A DNA stretch of 64,000 bases, taken from the NCBI GenBank assembly GCA_963809895.1, contig CAWELD010000003.1, positions 672,001-736,000 of the forward strand, written 5' to 3'. Both the position numbers and the translations under genes were made by a program. The stretch comes from an uncultured Gemmatimonadales bacterium (GTDB taxonomy: Bacteria > Gemmatimonadota > Gemmatimonadetes > Longimicrobiales > Gaopeijiaceae). Position 1 is the stretch's first letter; each line of letters opens with the position of its first letter. The notes beneath the pieces were generated by a model. The model did not search any database. It was not told the origin of the DNA and worked only from the letters and a program-made list of their open reading frames with translations. Of the stretch, positions 21,275-31,160 are shown one piece after another.

Positions 21275-21451
21275 GGTCAGGGCGGGCGACGCACTCCCGT
21301 GGCGGGGCGCTTGCCCCCAGTGAGTGGTCCGCGTCAGTTGAGGAACATCGCTCGCCGCGCGCGGGCCAATCCCTCCTCGCTTCGCGTTGTCGTGGCTACG
21401 ATTCCTCCCACCTCCTCCGCTTCGGCACCGGGGCCACCCCCGGCGCACCGC

Positions 21452-22681
21452 ATGCCGCGACTCCCCAGGACCGTATGGGCTCTCGGCGTGGTGAGCCTGC
21501 TGACCGATCTGGCCAGCGACATGGCGTATCCGGTCCTGCCGGCCTTTCTGGTCGGGACGTTGGGAGCCACGGCCGTGGCCGTGGGGCTGATCGAGGGTGT
21601 GGCCGAGGCCACGGCCTCGCTCTTCAAGCTCGTCTCGGGCCGGCTGTCGGACCGGGTGGATCGGCGCAAGCCACTCGTGGTGACGGGCTACGGCCTGTCG
21701 GGGCTGGTGAAGCCGCTTCTGGCCCTGGTCACGGGCCCGTGGCAGGTGCTGGCCGTGCGCTTCGCGGATCGCACGGGGAAGGGGATTCGCTCGGCGCCGC
21801 GAGATGCGCTGCTGGCGGCGCACGCCCGTGGCGTGGGCCCCGGACGCGTATTCGGGCTGCACCGCAGCATGGATACCGCAGGGGCCATTGTCGGGCCTCT
21901 GGTGGCCACGGTCGTGCTGGCCCTGGCCCCGGGCCGCTTCCGGCTCCTGTTCGCCCTGACGCTGGTGCCGGGTCTGCTGGCCTTGGCGGTGCTGGTGGCC
22001 TTTGTCCGGGAAAGGCCCTATCGGCCACCGAGGGAGCCCGCCACCACGGCTGCGGTGGAATCGGACCGGCAGGAGCCGCGCCCGGCGGATCGCAGCCGTG
22101 TGCGCGACGTGCTCCGGCGGGAGCTGGTGGTCATCCTGATCATCACCGTGGTGTTCTCGGCCGGGAACTCCAGTGACGCCTTCCTTCTCCTGAGGGCCCA
22201 GGATCTGGGGGCCCCTGCCGGCCGACTCCCGCTGCTGTGGATGGTGCTCAACGTCGTGTATGCCTCCACGGCGTGGTGGGCGGGCCTGTGGAGTGACCGC
22301 ATCGGACGTCGTGCGGTCCTGGCGCTGGGCTTCGCGGTGTACGCGGGCACGTACCTTCTGCTGGCGAGTGGCACGGCGACCTCGGGACTCTGGGGCGTCT
22401 TCGCCCTCTATGGGCTCTACTTCGGCCTCACCGACGGTGTGCTGCGCGCGGCCGTCGCCTCGGCGGCGCCCCGAGCGCTGCGGGGGACGGCCTTCGGGAT
22501 CTACCACGCCCTCACCGGTGTCACGCTGCTCGGCGCCAGCCTGCTCGCCGGCTTCCTGTGGGAGCGAGTCGGGCCGCATGCGCCCTTCGTGGTGGGCGCG
22601 GCGACGGCCGGGGTGAGCGCGGTGCTGTGTCTCGTCCTGCTGCGGCCCCCCCGCTCGGAAGCCGAGGCCGTCGGCGCCTGA
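21452..22681 (+). CDS. MFS transporter
   Basis: VSLLTDLASDM, GRLSDRVDRRK, DRTGKGIRSAPRDAL, HRSMDTAGA; multiple TM segments. Confidence 0.9.
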   Translation: MPRLPRTVWALGVVSLLTDLASDMAYPVLPAFLVGTLGATAVAVGLIEGVAEATASLFKLVSGRLSDRVDRRKPLVVTGYGLSGLVKPLLALVTGPWQVLAVRFADRTGKGIRSAPRDALLAAHARGVGPGRVFGLHRSMDTAGAIVGPLVATVVLALAPGRFRLLFALTLVPGLLALAVLVAFVRERPYRPPREPATTAAVESDRQEPRPADRSRVRDVLRRELVVILIITVVFSAGNSSDAFLLLRAQDLGAPAGRLPLLWMVLNVVYASTAWWAGLWSDRIGRRAVLALGFAVYAGTYLLLASGTATSGLWGVFALYGLYFGLTDGVLRAAVASAAPRALRGTAFGIYHALTGVTLLGASLLAGFLWERVGPHAPFVVGAATAGVSAVLCLVLLRPPRSEAEAVGA

Positions 22682-22748
22682 GCGGGTCCGGATCCGGTAT
22701 ATTGGGAGCGCAGCCTCGCGACCGCTCACCGCGCCCCTGCCATTTGCC

Positions 22749-25700
22749 ATGCCGAACCGCCGTTCCCGCAGGAAGAAGAAGCGTTCGGACAACACTCGCC
22801 CGGCCCCCGACGGCAAAGGGCGTCGTCGGCGGTACCTCCTGTGGGCGTTCGGGGTCGTGGTGCTCGTCGGGGGCGCCCTGCTGGTTCTCGAGCTTCGGAC
22901 CTCCACGCTCCAGGCACGCTTCCTCTCCAGCGTGGGACGCCGGCTGCAGTACGAGGTGGCGGACGGACCCAGCCCGCGAATCCGGTTCCCGAGCTCGGGC
23001 CCCTACGATCAACGCCTCGGCTACACGGCCATTCCCCGGCTGCAGGGCGTCCTGGACCAGGCCGGGTTCCACGTCACGCAGCAGGCCCGCATCTCGGAGG
23101 AGCTGGCTCGATGGGTGGATCGCGGCCTCTTTCCCATCTACGAGGAGAAGCTCCAGGGTGGACTGACGCTCCGCGACCGTTCCGGCGAGCCGTTCCACCG
23201 GACACCGAGTCCCGCACGGGTCTACGTCGCGTTCGATTCGATACCCGAGCTGGTCTGGCGCAGCCTGCTCTTCATCGAGAACCGGGAGTTCCTGGACGAG
23301 CGGCATCCACGGCGGAATCCCGCCGTGGAATGGGACCGCCTGGCCAAGGCGGTGCTGGAGATGGGACTGCGGGCGGTGGGGAGCGAACGCAACGTTCCCG
23401 GTGGCAGCACCCTGGCCACCCAGCTGGAGAAGTTCCGGCACTCCCCGGAGGGCCGCACGGGCTCGGCCAGGGAGAAGCTCCGCCAGATGGCGTCCGCCTC
23501 GCTGCGTGCCTACCGGACCGGACCCGTCACGCTGGACGAGCAGCGCAGGATCGTACGCGACTACCTGAACTCCGTCCCCCTGGCGGCTCAGCGGGGCCAC
23601 GGCGAGGTCATCGGCACGGCCGACGGGCTGTGGGCCTGGTACGGGGAGCCCTTCGAGCGCACCAATCACATCCTTCGCGGCGTGGATCTCACTCCGGCTG
23701 AGGCGGCCGAGCGTCCGCGGGTGTTCAGAGAGGCGGTGAGCCTCCTGGTGGCCCACAGGCGGCCCTCGTACTACCTGGCCCAGGAGCAGGGGCGCGCCGA
23801 GTTGCGCACTCTCACGGACAGCTATCTCCGGCTGATGGCGGGCTCCGGAGTGGTCGACGACTCGCTGGCTCGGGCAGCGCAGGAGGCGAGCGCCACGCCC
23901 TTGGTGCGAGCGCCGGAGCGGCCTCCGGTGCCGTTCGTGGAGCGCAAGGCCGCCGACCAGCTTCGCACGTACCTGTTGAGCCTCCTGGAGGTGGGGAGCC
24001 TCTACGACCTGGACCGCTACGATCTGACCGTGTCCGCGACCCTGGACATGCGGGTGCAGCGGGCCGTGGCGGCGCTCTTCGACTCCCTCACCGACGCCTC
24101 CTGGGTCCGGCGCAGCACCTTCGCCGGTGACCGGCTCCTGTCCAGGGGCGATCCGGCCCAGGTCATCTACACCTTCACGCTGCTGGAGACCACGCCGCTG
24201 GGAAACGCGGTCCGGGTGCAGACGGACAACTACAACGGACCCCTCAGCCTGAGCCAGGCCGGTCGTCTCGAGTTGGGCTCTACGGCCAAGCTGCGCACGT
24301 TGGTCACCTACCTGGAGGTGATGGCCGGTCTGCATGCACGTTTCTCGGTGCTCCCGACGGACTCGCTGGCCCGGGTCGTCGTCCCGCCCCAGGACCGTCT
24401 GGCGCGCTGGATGCTGGAGTACCTGCGAGCGAATCCCACCGTCGATCTGCGCACGACGCTGGCGGCGGCCATGCAGCGCACCTACTCGGCCAGCCCCGCC
24501 GAGCGCTTCGCCACCGGCGGGGGCGTGCAGACCTTTTCCAATTTCGATGCGGCCTACGACGGCAGGACCATGACGGTCCTGGACGCGTTCCGGAACTCGG
24601 TGAACCTGCCGTCGGTCCGGGTGATGCGGGACATCGTTCAGCACTACATGTACGGTGACGGGTCCACCGCCCGCATGCTCGAAGACGTGAACGACCCCGC
24701 TCGGCAGGAATACCTGGCGCGCTTCGCCGACCGCGAAGGGCAGACGTTCTTGCGACAGTTCTACGCCAAGTATCGGGGACACACGCTGGCCGAGATCATG
24801 GAGCTGCTGGTGCGGGACCGTGCCCTCGGGCCGCTCCGGACCGCCTACGCCTTCCGGGCCGTGGCGCCCGATGCGGACCTGCCGGCCTTCGCGTCGTTCC
24901 TGGAGACCCACACGCCCTACGCCACGCTCACGCCGGCGGCGGTGGAGGCTCTCTATCGCCAGAGCGATCCCTCCTCCTGGACGCTGAACGACCTCGGCTA
25001 CCTGGCCCGCGTGCACCCCCTGGAGCTCTGGCTCGTGCGCGAGCTGCTCGAGACTCCTGAGCTCACGGCGAGCCAGGTCGTGGAGCGGAGCGCCGACGTT
25101 CGCCAGGAGGTGTACGCCTGGCTCTTCCGAACCCGGCGCAGAAACGCCCAGGACCAGCGCATCCGCACCATCCTGGAGTTGGAGGCCTTCCAGGAGATCC
25201 ACCGCGGCTGGAAGCGGCTGGGGTACCCGTTCGACAACATCGTGCCCTCGTTCGGCACCGCGATCGGGAGCTCGGGTGATCGACCGCTGGCCCTGGCAGA
25301 GCTCGTCGGGATCATCCTGAACGGGGGAGTGCGCTACCCCGTGGTGCGGGCGGCCAGCCTGGACTTCGCCCACGGCACGCCGTTCGAGACCCGCTTCCGG
25401 CGGGATCAGGCCGCGGGCGAGCGGGTGCTGGATCCGGTGGTGGCCCAGGTGGCGAAGGAGGCGCTGTCCGAGGTCGTGGAAAACGGGACGGCGCGCCGCG
25501 TGAAAGGGGCGGTGCCCGGCCCGGACGGACGGCCCCTCGCCATGGGCGGCAAGACCGGGACCGGAGACAACCGTTATCGGGTCTTCGGTCCCGGTGGGCG
25601 CCTGGTGGAATCGCGCGCGGTGAATCGCACGGCCACCTTCGCCTTCTTCATGGGAGATCGCTGGTTCGGCGTCGTGACGGCGTATGTGCCCGGGGGTGCT

Positions 25701-25784
25701 TCGGCCGACTACCGCTTCACCAGCGCGCTACCCACGGAGATCCTCCGGGTGCTGGGCCCCGTTCTCGCGCCCCAGGGGCCGTGA
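22749..25784 (+). CDS. Large class A PBP-like transglycosylase (GT51)/transpeptidase
   Basis: N-terminal TM; IENREF and GGSTLATQLEK (GT51); STAK (SxxK), SVN (SxN), KTG. Confidence 0.85.
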   Translation: MPNRRSRRKKKRSDNTRPAPDGKGRRRRYLLWAFGVVVLVGGALLVLELRTSTLQARFLSSVGRRLQYEVADGPSPRIRFPSSGPYDQRLGYTAIPRLQGVLDQAGFHVTQQARISEELARWVDRGLFPIYEEKLQGGLTLRDRSGEPFHRTPSPARVYVAFDSIPELVWRSLLFIENREFLDERHPRRNPAVEWDRLAKAVLEMGLRAVGSERNVPGGSTLATQLEKFRHSPEGRTGSAREKLRQMASASLRAYRTGPVTLDEQRRIVRDYLNSVPLAAQRGHGEVIGTADGLWAWYGEPFERTNHILRGVDLTPAEAAERPRVFREAVSLLVAHRRPSYYLAQEQGRAELRTLTDSYLRLMAGSGVVDDSLARAAQEASATPLVRAPERPPVPFVERKAADQLRTYLLSLLEVGSLYDLDRYDLTVSATLDMRVQRAVAALFDSLTDASWVRRSTFAGDRLLSRGDPAQVIYTFTLLETTPLGNAVRVQTDNYNGPLSLSQAGRLELGSTAKLRTLVTYLEVMAGLHARFSVLPTDSLARVVVPPQDRLARWMLEYLRANPTVDLRTTLAAAMQRTYSASPAERFATGGGVQTFSNFDAAYDGRTMTVLDAFRNSVNLPSVRVMRDIVQHYMYGDGSTARMLEDVNDPARQEYLARFADREGQTFLRQFYAKYRGHTLAEIMELLVRDRALGPLRTAYAFRAVAPDADLPAFASFLETHTPYATLTPAAVEALYRQSDPSSWTLNDLGYLARVHPLELWLVRELLETPELTASQVVERSADVRQEVYAWLFRTRRRNAQDQRIRTILELEAFQEIHRGWKRLGYPFDNIVPSFGTAIGSSGDRPLALAELVGIILNGGVRYPVVRAASLDFAHGTPFETRFRRDQAAGERVLDPVVAQVAKEALSEVVENGTARRVKGAVPGPDGRPLAMGGKTGTGDNRYRVFGPGGRLVESRAVNRTATFAFFMGDRWFGVVTAYVPGGASADYRFTSALPTEILRVLGPVLAPQGP

Positions 25785-25817
25785 CGTCGGCCTGTACCCA
25801 CCCGGAGGATCGCACCG

Positions 25818-26270
25818 CTACTTCTTGACGATGTCGATCTTGCGGCCCATGGCCTCCTTCTTCTTCGGAAGGTGGACCGTCAGGACGCCGTCGGCGAACT
25901 CCGCCTTGATCTTCTCCACGTCCACGGCCCTCGGCAGGGCAAAGCTGCGCTCGAAGGAGCCGTTGCTCCTCTCGAGGAGGTGCCAACGGCCCTCCTGCTC
26001 CTCGCGCTCGGTCTTCTTCTCACCCTTGAGCACGAGCATGTCCTTGTCGACGTCGATCTGCACGTCGTTGGCCGTCATGCCGGGCAGCTCCGAGGTGAGG
26101 AGGTACTCCCCCTCGACTTCCTTGAGGTCGGTGGCCGGGAGCCAGGCCACGGTCTCGGCTGCGTTGAAGGTGGGGAGCGAGAGCCCGAAGACCCGGTTCA
26201 CCCGGTCCTGAAGGCTCTCGAGCTCCTGCCACGGGTTCCGGGTGCGGGTCCACGGTGTCAGCGCGTTCAT
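25818..26270 (-). CDS. Small heat-shock protein Hsp20/alpha-crystallin
   Basis: ELPGM, LKGEKK, ERSNGSFERSFALP, DGVLTVHLPK. Confidence 0.95.
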   Translation of the reverse strand: MNALTPWTRTRNPWQELESLQDRVNRVFGLSLPTFNAAETVAWLPATDLKEVEGEYLLTSELPGMTANDVQIDVDKDMLVLKGEKKTEREEQEGRWHLLERSNGSFERSFALPRAVDVEKIKAEFADGVLTVHLPKKKEAMGRKIDIVKK

Positions 26271-26340
26271 GATTCACTCCTGGTTCGGTCGGGTGCCGTC
26301 CGTCCTCGTGGACGGAGGCCGCATCAGCACCTGCAGGGAG

Positions 26341-26356
26341 CGCATCGAGCGTGCCA
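26341..26356 (-). promoter_or_regulatory. Sigma54 promoter for hsp20
   Basis: Minus strand TGGCACGCTCGATGCG (GG-N10-GC). Confidence 0.7.
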
Positions 26357-26416
26357 CGCGGCGGGGCCGGTGCGTAGCGCCGGCGTCGGGGCTCCTGTGG
26401 CGGAAGGGCTCGCCCT

Positions 26417-26431
26417 GGGACATCCTGGCAC
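26417..26431. promoter_or_regulatory. Putative enhancer site upstream of the hsp20 promoter
   Basis: GGGACA-TCC-TGGCAC matches the shared motif. Confidence 0.5.
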
Positions 26432-26493
26432 CGGGCTGCGCCGGGCTCTTTCGTACGCCTCGAACCGAGGACCGGGGCGCCGGATGCGTCGGG

Positions 26494-27915
26494 TCAGAGC
26501 AGAGGGGCCACGAGCCGCGTGAGGCGTTCCAGTAGTCGCTCCAGCCACGGGCGAGAGCCGTGGAGGGCCAGGGATTGCTCCACGGCACGGGTGAGATCGG
26601 CGTGGAAGAGTGAGTCCATGGTGGCACCCACCCCGGGGTCGTCCACCAGCAGCGCCGACTCGTCGTTGAGACGCAGGGAACGGTTGTCCAGGTTGAGGCT
26701 CCCGATGCTCACCCACCGCCCGTCGGCGACCACGGTCTTGGCGTGTATCATGGTGGGCTGGTATTCGAAGATGCGCACGCCGCCCGCCAGCAGCTCGTCG
26801 TAATAGGCCCGCCCGGCCCAGCGGGTGCTGGGCACGTCCGTACGGGCGCCGGGCACGAGAATGCGCACGTCCACGCCGCGATCGGCGGCCTCCAGGAGGA
26901 GGCGGCGCATGGTGGGCGTCGGCACGAAGTAGGAGTTCGTCAGGTACAGCGTGCGCCGTGCCGACGCCAGCGTGAGCGTGAGATAGCGGTCCGCGGGTCG
27001 GGTGCCGACGCCGGGACCCGACACCAGATACCCAGCGCGGACGGCGCCGTCGGCGGGCGGTGGGTCCTTCGGTACCCCCTCGAGCGTGGGCGCCGCGCCA
27101 AAGAGCAGCGTGTCGGCCCGGAGCTCTCCCGTCGCCTCGGCCCAGGCGGCCGTGAAGACTCCTTGCACGACGGCCACCACCGGCCCCTGCACGCGTGCGC
27201 TGGTGTCGCGCCAGGGCAGCTCCCCCGGCGCGTCGCCCAACCAGCGATCGTCGAAGCCGAATCCTCCCGTATACGCGACCGTCCCGTCCACGACCACGCT
27301 GCGGGCGTGATGCCGATGCTGGACGCGGTGGAGGGTGGACCAGCGCACGGGCCGCAGGGTCGCCACCCTGGCTCCCGCTCGCGTCAGGTCATCGGAGATG
27401 GCGTCCAGCATGGTCCGGCACCCGAATCCGTCACCCAGCAGCATCACTTCGATGCCGGCTCGGGCCCGTGCGGAGAGGACCGCACTCAGTGAGTCCGCCA
27501 GAGCGCCGGGGCCGCAGTAGTAGGCCAGGACCGTGATGGAGCGCCGCGCCGCACGCAGATCCTCGAGCATGCTCCGGAAGGTGTGGGCGTCGGTCAGGAC
27601 CTCGACGTGGTTCCCTTCCACGAGCGGAGTCTCCGCGACGCCCCCGGCGAGGGCCGCGAACCCCGAATCGCCGGGTGCCGGGAGCCCTGGGGTAACGACG
27701 CTTCGCACAGGCGATCCCCGGGTGATGTCGGAGACCCGATGCACCGCCTCGCCGGCCGCCACCACCGCGACCAGCGCGAGAAACGCCAGCGCCAGACGAC
27801 GTCGGACCGGGATCGGCGGCGGCACCGACGGGGTATCGCAGTCGACGGTCGCGTCTGCGGGCGCGGCCGAAGGGTCCGTGCCCGGACCTGTCGGATGGGA
27901 GTCCAGAGAAGACAT
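26494..27915 (-). CDS. Cardiolipin synthase-like phospholipase D
   Basis: C-terminal HAKTVVAD...GSLNLDNRS; N-terminal motif is the variant HARSVVVD...GG; one TM segment. Confidence 0.85.
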   Translation of the reverse strand: MSSLDSHPTGPGTDPSAAPADATVDCDTPSVPPPIPVRRRLALAFLALVAVVAAGEAVHRVSDITRGSPVRSVVTPGLPAPGDSGFAALAGGVAETPLVEGNHVEVLTDAHTFRSMLEDLRAARRSITVLAYYCGPGALADSLSAVLSARARAGIEVMLLGDGFGCRTMLDAISDDLTRAGARVATLRPVRWSTLHRVQHRHHARSVVVDGTVAYTGGFGFDDRWLGDAPGELPWRDTSARVQGPVVAVVQGVFTAAWAEATGELRADTLLFGAAPTLEGVPKDPPPADGAVRAGYLVSGPGVGTRPADRYLTLTLASARRTLYLTNSYFVPTPTMRRLLLEAADRGVDVRILVPGARTDVPSTRWAGRAYYDELLAGGVRIFEYQPTMIHAKTVVADGRWVSIGSLNLDNRSLRLNDESALLVDDPGVGATMDSLFHADLTRAVEQSLALHGSRPWLERLLERLTRLVAPLL

Positions 27916-29008
27916 GGTCAGGATTCAATCACGTGTGCGTCCCCTCGTTCTCGGCACCGTGTTGGCGGCCTTGAGCGTCGTCAGCGGTTGCGCGTCGACG
28001 GGACTGCGCGCGCGCCCGCAGCGAATGGAGGTCCCGCCTCGCGCCGGCACCGGTGGCCTCACCTGGGTCAGCGCCGCCCCCGAAGGAGACAGCGCCGACC
28101 TCACTTCGTGGCGTGGGGCCGTAGGTCCGGCCGTCCGGCTCTCGCCCGGGGGGCTGACGGTTGCACCGCCCGCGGACCAGCTCGCTGTGGTGAGCTGGAA
28201 CGTCCACGTGGGCGGAGGGGACCTGATCCGCCTGGTCACCGACCTGCGCAGCGGTGAGCTCACCGGTGGTACTCCGGTCCACGACTTCGTGCTCCTTCTC
28301 CAGGAGGCCTACCGGGCAGGAGAACAGCCCCTCGGCCCGCTCTCGGGGTCGCAGGCCCCGCGGCGCATCGACGCGGCGCCGCCCCGGGGTCCCCGGCTGG
28401 ACGTCGTGGAGGTCGCCCGGACGCTGGGTCTCGAGCTTCTCTACGTACCGTCCATGGGCAACGGTGACGGGTCGTCGGGCGCCGAGGACCGGGGCAACGC
28501 CATCCTGTCGACGCGGCGGCTCTCGAACGTCACCGCCATCGTGCTTCCGTTCGAAGGCCAGCGGCGCGTGGCCGTTTCGGGCCACGTCGCCGGGCGTACG
28601 TCGTCGGGCTCGCCGTGGCGACTCCGGGTGGTGAGCGCCCATCTGGACAGCCGCACGCGCTGGAGTCGCATCCTGGACAGCTTCGGGTCGGCCCGGGCTC
28701 GTCAGGCCCGTGCACTTCTGGATGCGCTCCCGACCGATCCAACGGTTCTGGGCGCGGACCTCAATACGTGGGGCCCTCGCTTCACGGAGAACGCCCCCGA
28801 GGTGCTCGGTCGGCGATTCCAGGGAGTCCAGCGAGGTCCCGGCGGCACCTTCACGCTGGCCGGCGTCGTGCAGAGGCGTTTGGACTACCTGGTCTTCGAC
28901 CGGGCGGTGACCGCCTCCACTGGAATGGACGGCGCGGCGGTGGTCCGCGTGGAAGACCGTTACGGCTCCGACCACCATCCCCTGGTGACGATCCTCGACC
29001 TGGGCTGA
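27914..29008 (+). CDS. Endonuclease/exonuclease/phosphatase family lipoprotein
   Basis: Lipobox VSGC; SWNVH, LLQE, GNAILS, GADLN, RLDY, SDHHP. Confidence 0.85.
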   Translation: MVRIQSRVRPLVLGTVLAALSVVSGCASTGLRARPQRMEVPPRAGTGGLTWVSAAPEGDSADLTSWRGAVGPAVRLSPGGLTVAPPADQLAVVSWNVHVGGGDLIRLVTDLRSGELTGGTPVHDFVLLLQEAYRAGEQPLGPLSGSQAPRRIDAAPPRGPRLDVVEVARTLGLELLYVPSMGNGDGSSGAEDRGNAILSTRRLSNVTAIVLPFEGQRRVAVSGHVAGRTSSGSPWRLRVVSAHLDSRTRWSRILDSFGSARARQARALLDALPTDPTVLGADLNTWGPRFTENAPEVLGRRFQGVQRGPGGTFTLAGVVQRRLDYLVFDRAVTASTGMDGAAVVRVEDRYGSDHHPLVTILDLG

Positions 29009-29017
29009 CCGGCCCGA

Positions 29018-29317
29018 TCAGTCCTCCGCCAGCTCCACTTCGATGGAGCAGTTGGTCACGAGGGCGGCGATGGCTCCCAGGGCTGCCCACACGGGCGCCA
29101 CGACGGCGCCGACCACGCCCACCGTGAGGGGCGCCTCGATGAGGGTGTTGCCGTCGTCGTTCTTCACGATGATCCGGCGCACGTTCCCCTGGTGGACCAG
29201 CTCCTTCACCTTGGCCAGCAGCGTGTCACCACGGACCCGATGCTCCTCGCGGGTCAACGTGGCGTGCTCTCCGGCTGATCTTCCGATCTCCGGGTCCGGG
29301 GTCGCATAGGTCTCCAT
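29018..29317 (-). CDS. DUF4342 family protein
   Basis: KVKELVHQGNVRRIIVK...EAPLTVGVVG...AALVTNCSIEV. Confidence 0.85.
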   Translation of the reverse strand: METYATPDPEIGRSAGEHATLTREEHRVRGDTLLAKVKELVHQGNVRRIIVKNDDGNTLIEAPLTVGVVGAVVAPVWAALGAIAALVTNCSIEVELAED

Positions 29318-30003
29318 GGTTCCTTCCTCGAGGGTGACGTGGAGAGGGTCGTGGACAGATAGCGCGAAAACCAGGCGGCGGCATGGTTCGCCACGGCGTC
29401 CAGGGCGCCCGGTTCCTCGAACAGGTGTGTGGCGCCCGGGACCACCACGACTTCGGTGGGCGCCTTCATCAGCGCCCTGGCCTGTCTGTTGAGCTCGAGC
29501 ACGGTGAGGTCGTGTCCGCCCACGATCAGGAGGGTGGGTGCGAGGACCGCCGGCAGCGCCGCGGCCGCCAGATCGGGGCGCCCGCCCCGGGACACGACGG
29601 CGTCCACGAGGTGGGGGCACCGGGCCGCGGCCACCAGCGCCGCCGCGGCGCCCGTGCTGGCGCCGAAGAGGCCGATCGGCAGCGCCTCGGTCACGTGCCG
29701 CCCCGCCGCCCACTCCAGGAGGTGCACGACACGGTCCGAGAGCAGGGCGATATCGAACCGGATGTGAGCGCTGGTCTCGTCCACGGCCTCCTCGGCCGGC
29801 GTGAGCAGGTCCGCCAGCAGGGTCCCCAGGCCGTAGGCCCGCAACTCCGCTGCCACGTGACGATTCCTGGTGCTGAAACGGCTGCTGCCGCTCCCGTGGG
29901 CGAAGACCACCAGTCCCCGAGGGTCTCGGGGAATGATGAGGTCGCCTCGCAGGAAGACGTCGCCGGCCGGGATGTGGGCTTCCATCTCCTCGTACGGGTA
30001 CAT
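29254..30003 (-). CDS. Dienelactone-hydrolase-like alpha/beta hydrolase
   Basis: FAHGSGSSRFSTRN, RFDI, GASTG, SRGGRPDLA, GATHLFEEPG. Confidence 0.88.
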   Translation of the reverse strand: MYPYEEMEAHIPAGDVFLRGDLIIPRDPRGLVVFAHGSGSSRFSTRNRHVAAELRAYGLGTLLADLLTPAEEAVDETSAHIRFDIALLSDRVVHLLEWAAGRHVTEALPIGLFGASTGAAAALVAAARCPHLVDAVVSRGGRPDLAAAALPAVLAPTLLIVGGHDLTVLELNRQARALMKAPTEVVVVPGATHLFEEPGALDAVANHAAAWFSRYLSTTLSTSPSRKEPWRPMRPRTRRSEDQPESTPR

Positions 30004-30018
30004 GACATCCTCCTCGGG

Positions 30019-30483
30019 TCAGCGGGTGCTCTCCACCGTGGCGCGTCGGTAGGTCCCCTGCAGGCGCGCCTCACCCAGCACGTGCTCTCCCAGGGCCTTC
30101 TTCAGGTGGGCCGGGCTCGAGCCGGGCCGAAGCCCCAGACGGCGATCGAGGGCGAAGAGCTGGAACCGGTAGCGGTGCGTGCCCGGCGGTGGGCAGGGTC
30201 CCTGGTAGCGCGCGTTGCCCCAGGAGTTCGCTCCGTGGATTCCCGGTAGGCCGCCCGGTGCGGAAGCCGAGGGAAGGGAGCGCGTGTCGGGAGGGATGTC
30301 CCACAGCACCCAGTGGGTCCACAGACCGGCCGGCGCATCGGGGTCGTCCAACACGAGCGCGAAGCTCTTCGTGCCCTCCGGCACCTCGGTCCACTCCAGC
30401 GGAGGTGAGCGGTCTTCGCCGTCGCACGTGAACTCGGGCGGAATCGGACCGGCGTTCGGGAAGGCGGGGCTGGAGAGCTTCAT
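30019..30483 (-). CDS. YbhB/YbcL (PEBP/Raf kinase inhibitor-like) protein
   Basis: SSPAF, SPPLEW, DDPDAP, HW, GPCPP.GTHRYRF. Confidence 0.92.
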   Translation of the reverse strand: MKLSSPAFPNAGPIPPEFTCDGEDRSPPLEWTEVPEGTKSFALVLDDPDAPAGLWTHWVLWDIPPDTRSLPSASAPGGLPGIHGANSWGNARYQGPCPPPGTHRYRFQLFALDRRLGLRPGSSPAHLKKALGEHVLGEARLQGTYRRATVESTR

Positions 30484-31157
30484 GGCGTTGGCTCCGGGAG
30501 CTTGGGTTGGCGGTGGGTCCCGGCGCTCCGCAGCAGCCGGCGGACCTCTTCGTCGTCGAGTTGGGGGAATCGTTGGTACCACAGGCTGACCGCAGTCAGG
30601 GAATCCGCTTCGTGCACGCACACGACTTCGTCTGCCACGTCGCGCAGCGCGTCGGCAACCGCGGGAGCCGCCACCGGTGCGGCGACCACGACCCGGCGGG
30701 CTCCCCTCTGCCGCAATGACCGAATGGCGGCTCGCATGGTGGCGCCGGTCGCGATGCCGTCGTCCACCAGGAGCACGGTGCTGCCCTCCACGGATAACGG
30801 GGGACGCCCTTCCCGGTAGGCCTCTTCGCGTCGGCGGAGGTCCACCTCTTCGGAGTCCGCCAGCTGGTCCACGTCGGACGGCGTAAGCCCCAGATGCTGC
30901 ACCACGTCGGGGTTGAAGACCCGAACCCCACCCCGTGCCACCGCGCCCACGGCCAGCTCGGGCTGGCCCGGGGCGCCCAGCTTTCGCGCCAGGAGAATGT
31001 CCAGGGGTGCGCGCAACGCGTGGGCCACCTCCGCACCGATGGGCACACCACCTCGCGGAAGCGCGATCACCACCACGTCGTCACGACCCCGGAATGCGCC
31101 GAGCAGATCCGCCAGCTGGCGTCCGGCGTCGACACGATCCTCGAATTGCCGGAACAT
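30480..31157 (-). CDS. Phosphoribosyltransferase (Rv0571c/Rv2030c N-domain type)
   Basis: FEDRVDAGRQLA, LPRGGVP, RKLGAP..PELA, VDDGIATGATM. Confidence 0.9.
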   Translation of the reverse strand: MFRQFEDRVDAGRQLADLLGAFRGRDDVVVIALPRGGVPIGAEVAHALRAPLDILLARKLGAPGQPELAVGAVARGGVRVFNPDVVQHLGLTPSDVDQLADSEEVDLRRREEAYREGRPPLSVEGSTVLLVDDGIATGATMRAAIRSLRQRGARRVVVAAPVAAPAVADALRDVADEVVCVHEADSLTAVSLWYQRFPQLDDEEVRRLLRSAGTHRQPKLPEPTP

Positions 31158-31160
31158 GAC

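Noticed and set aside
27953..27968. CGGCACCGTGTTGGCG sigma54-like match
   Set aside because: Lies inside the EEP signal-peptide coding region with no enhancer motif seen nearby.
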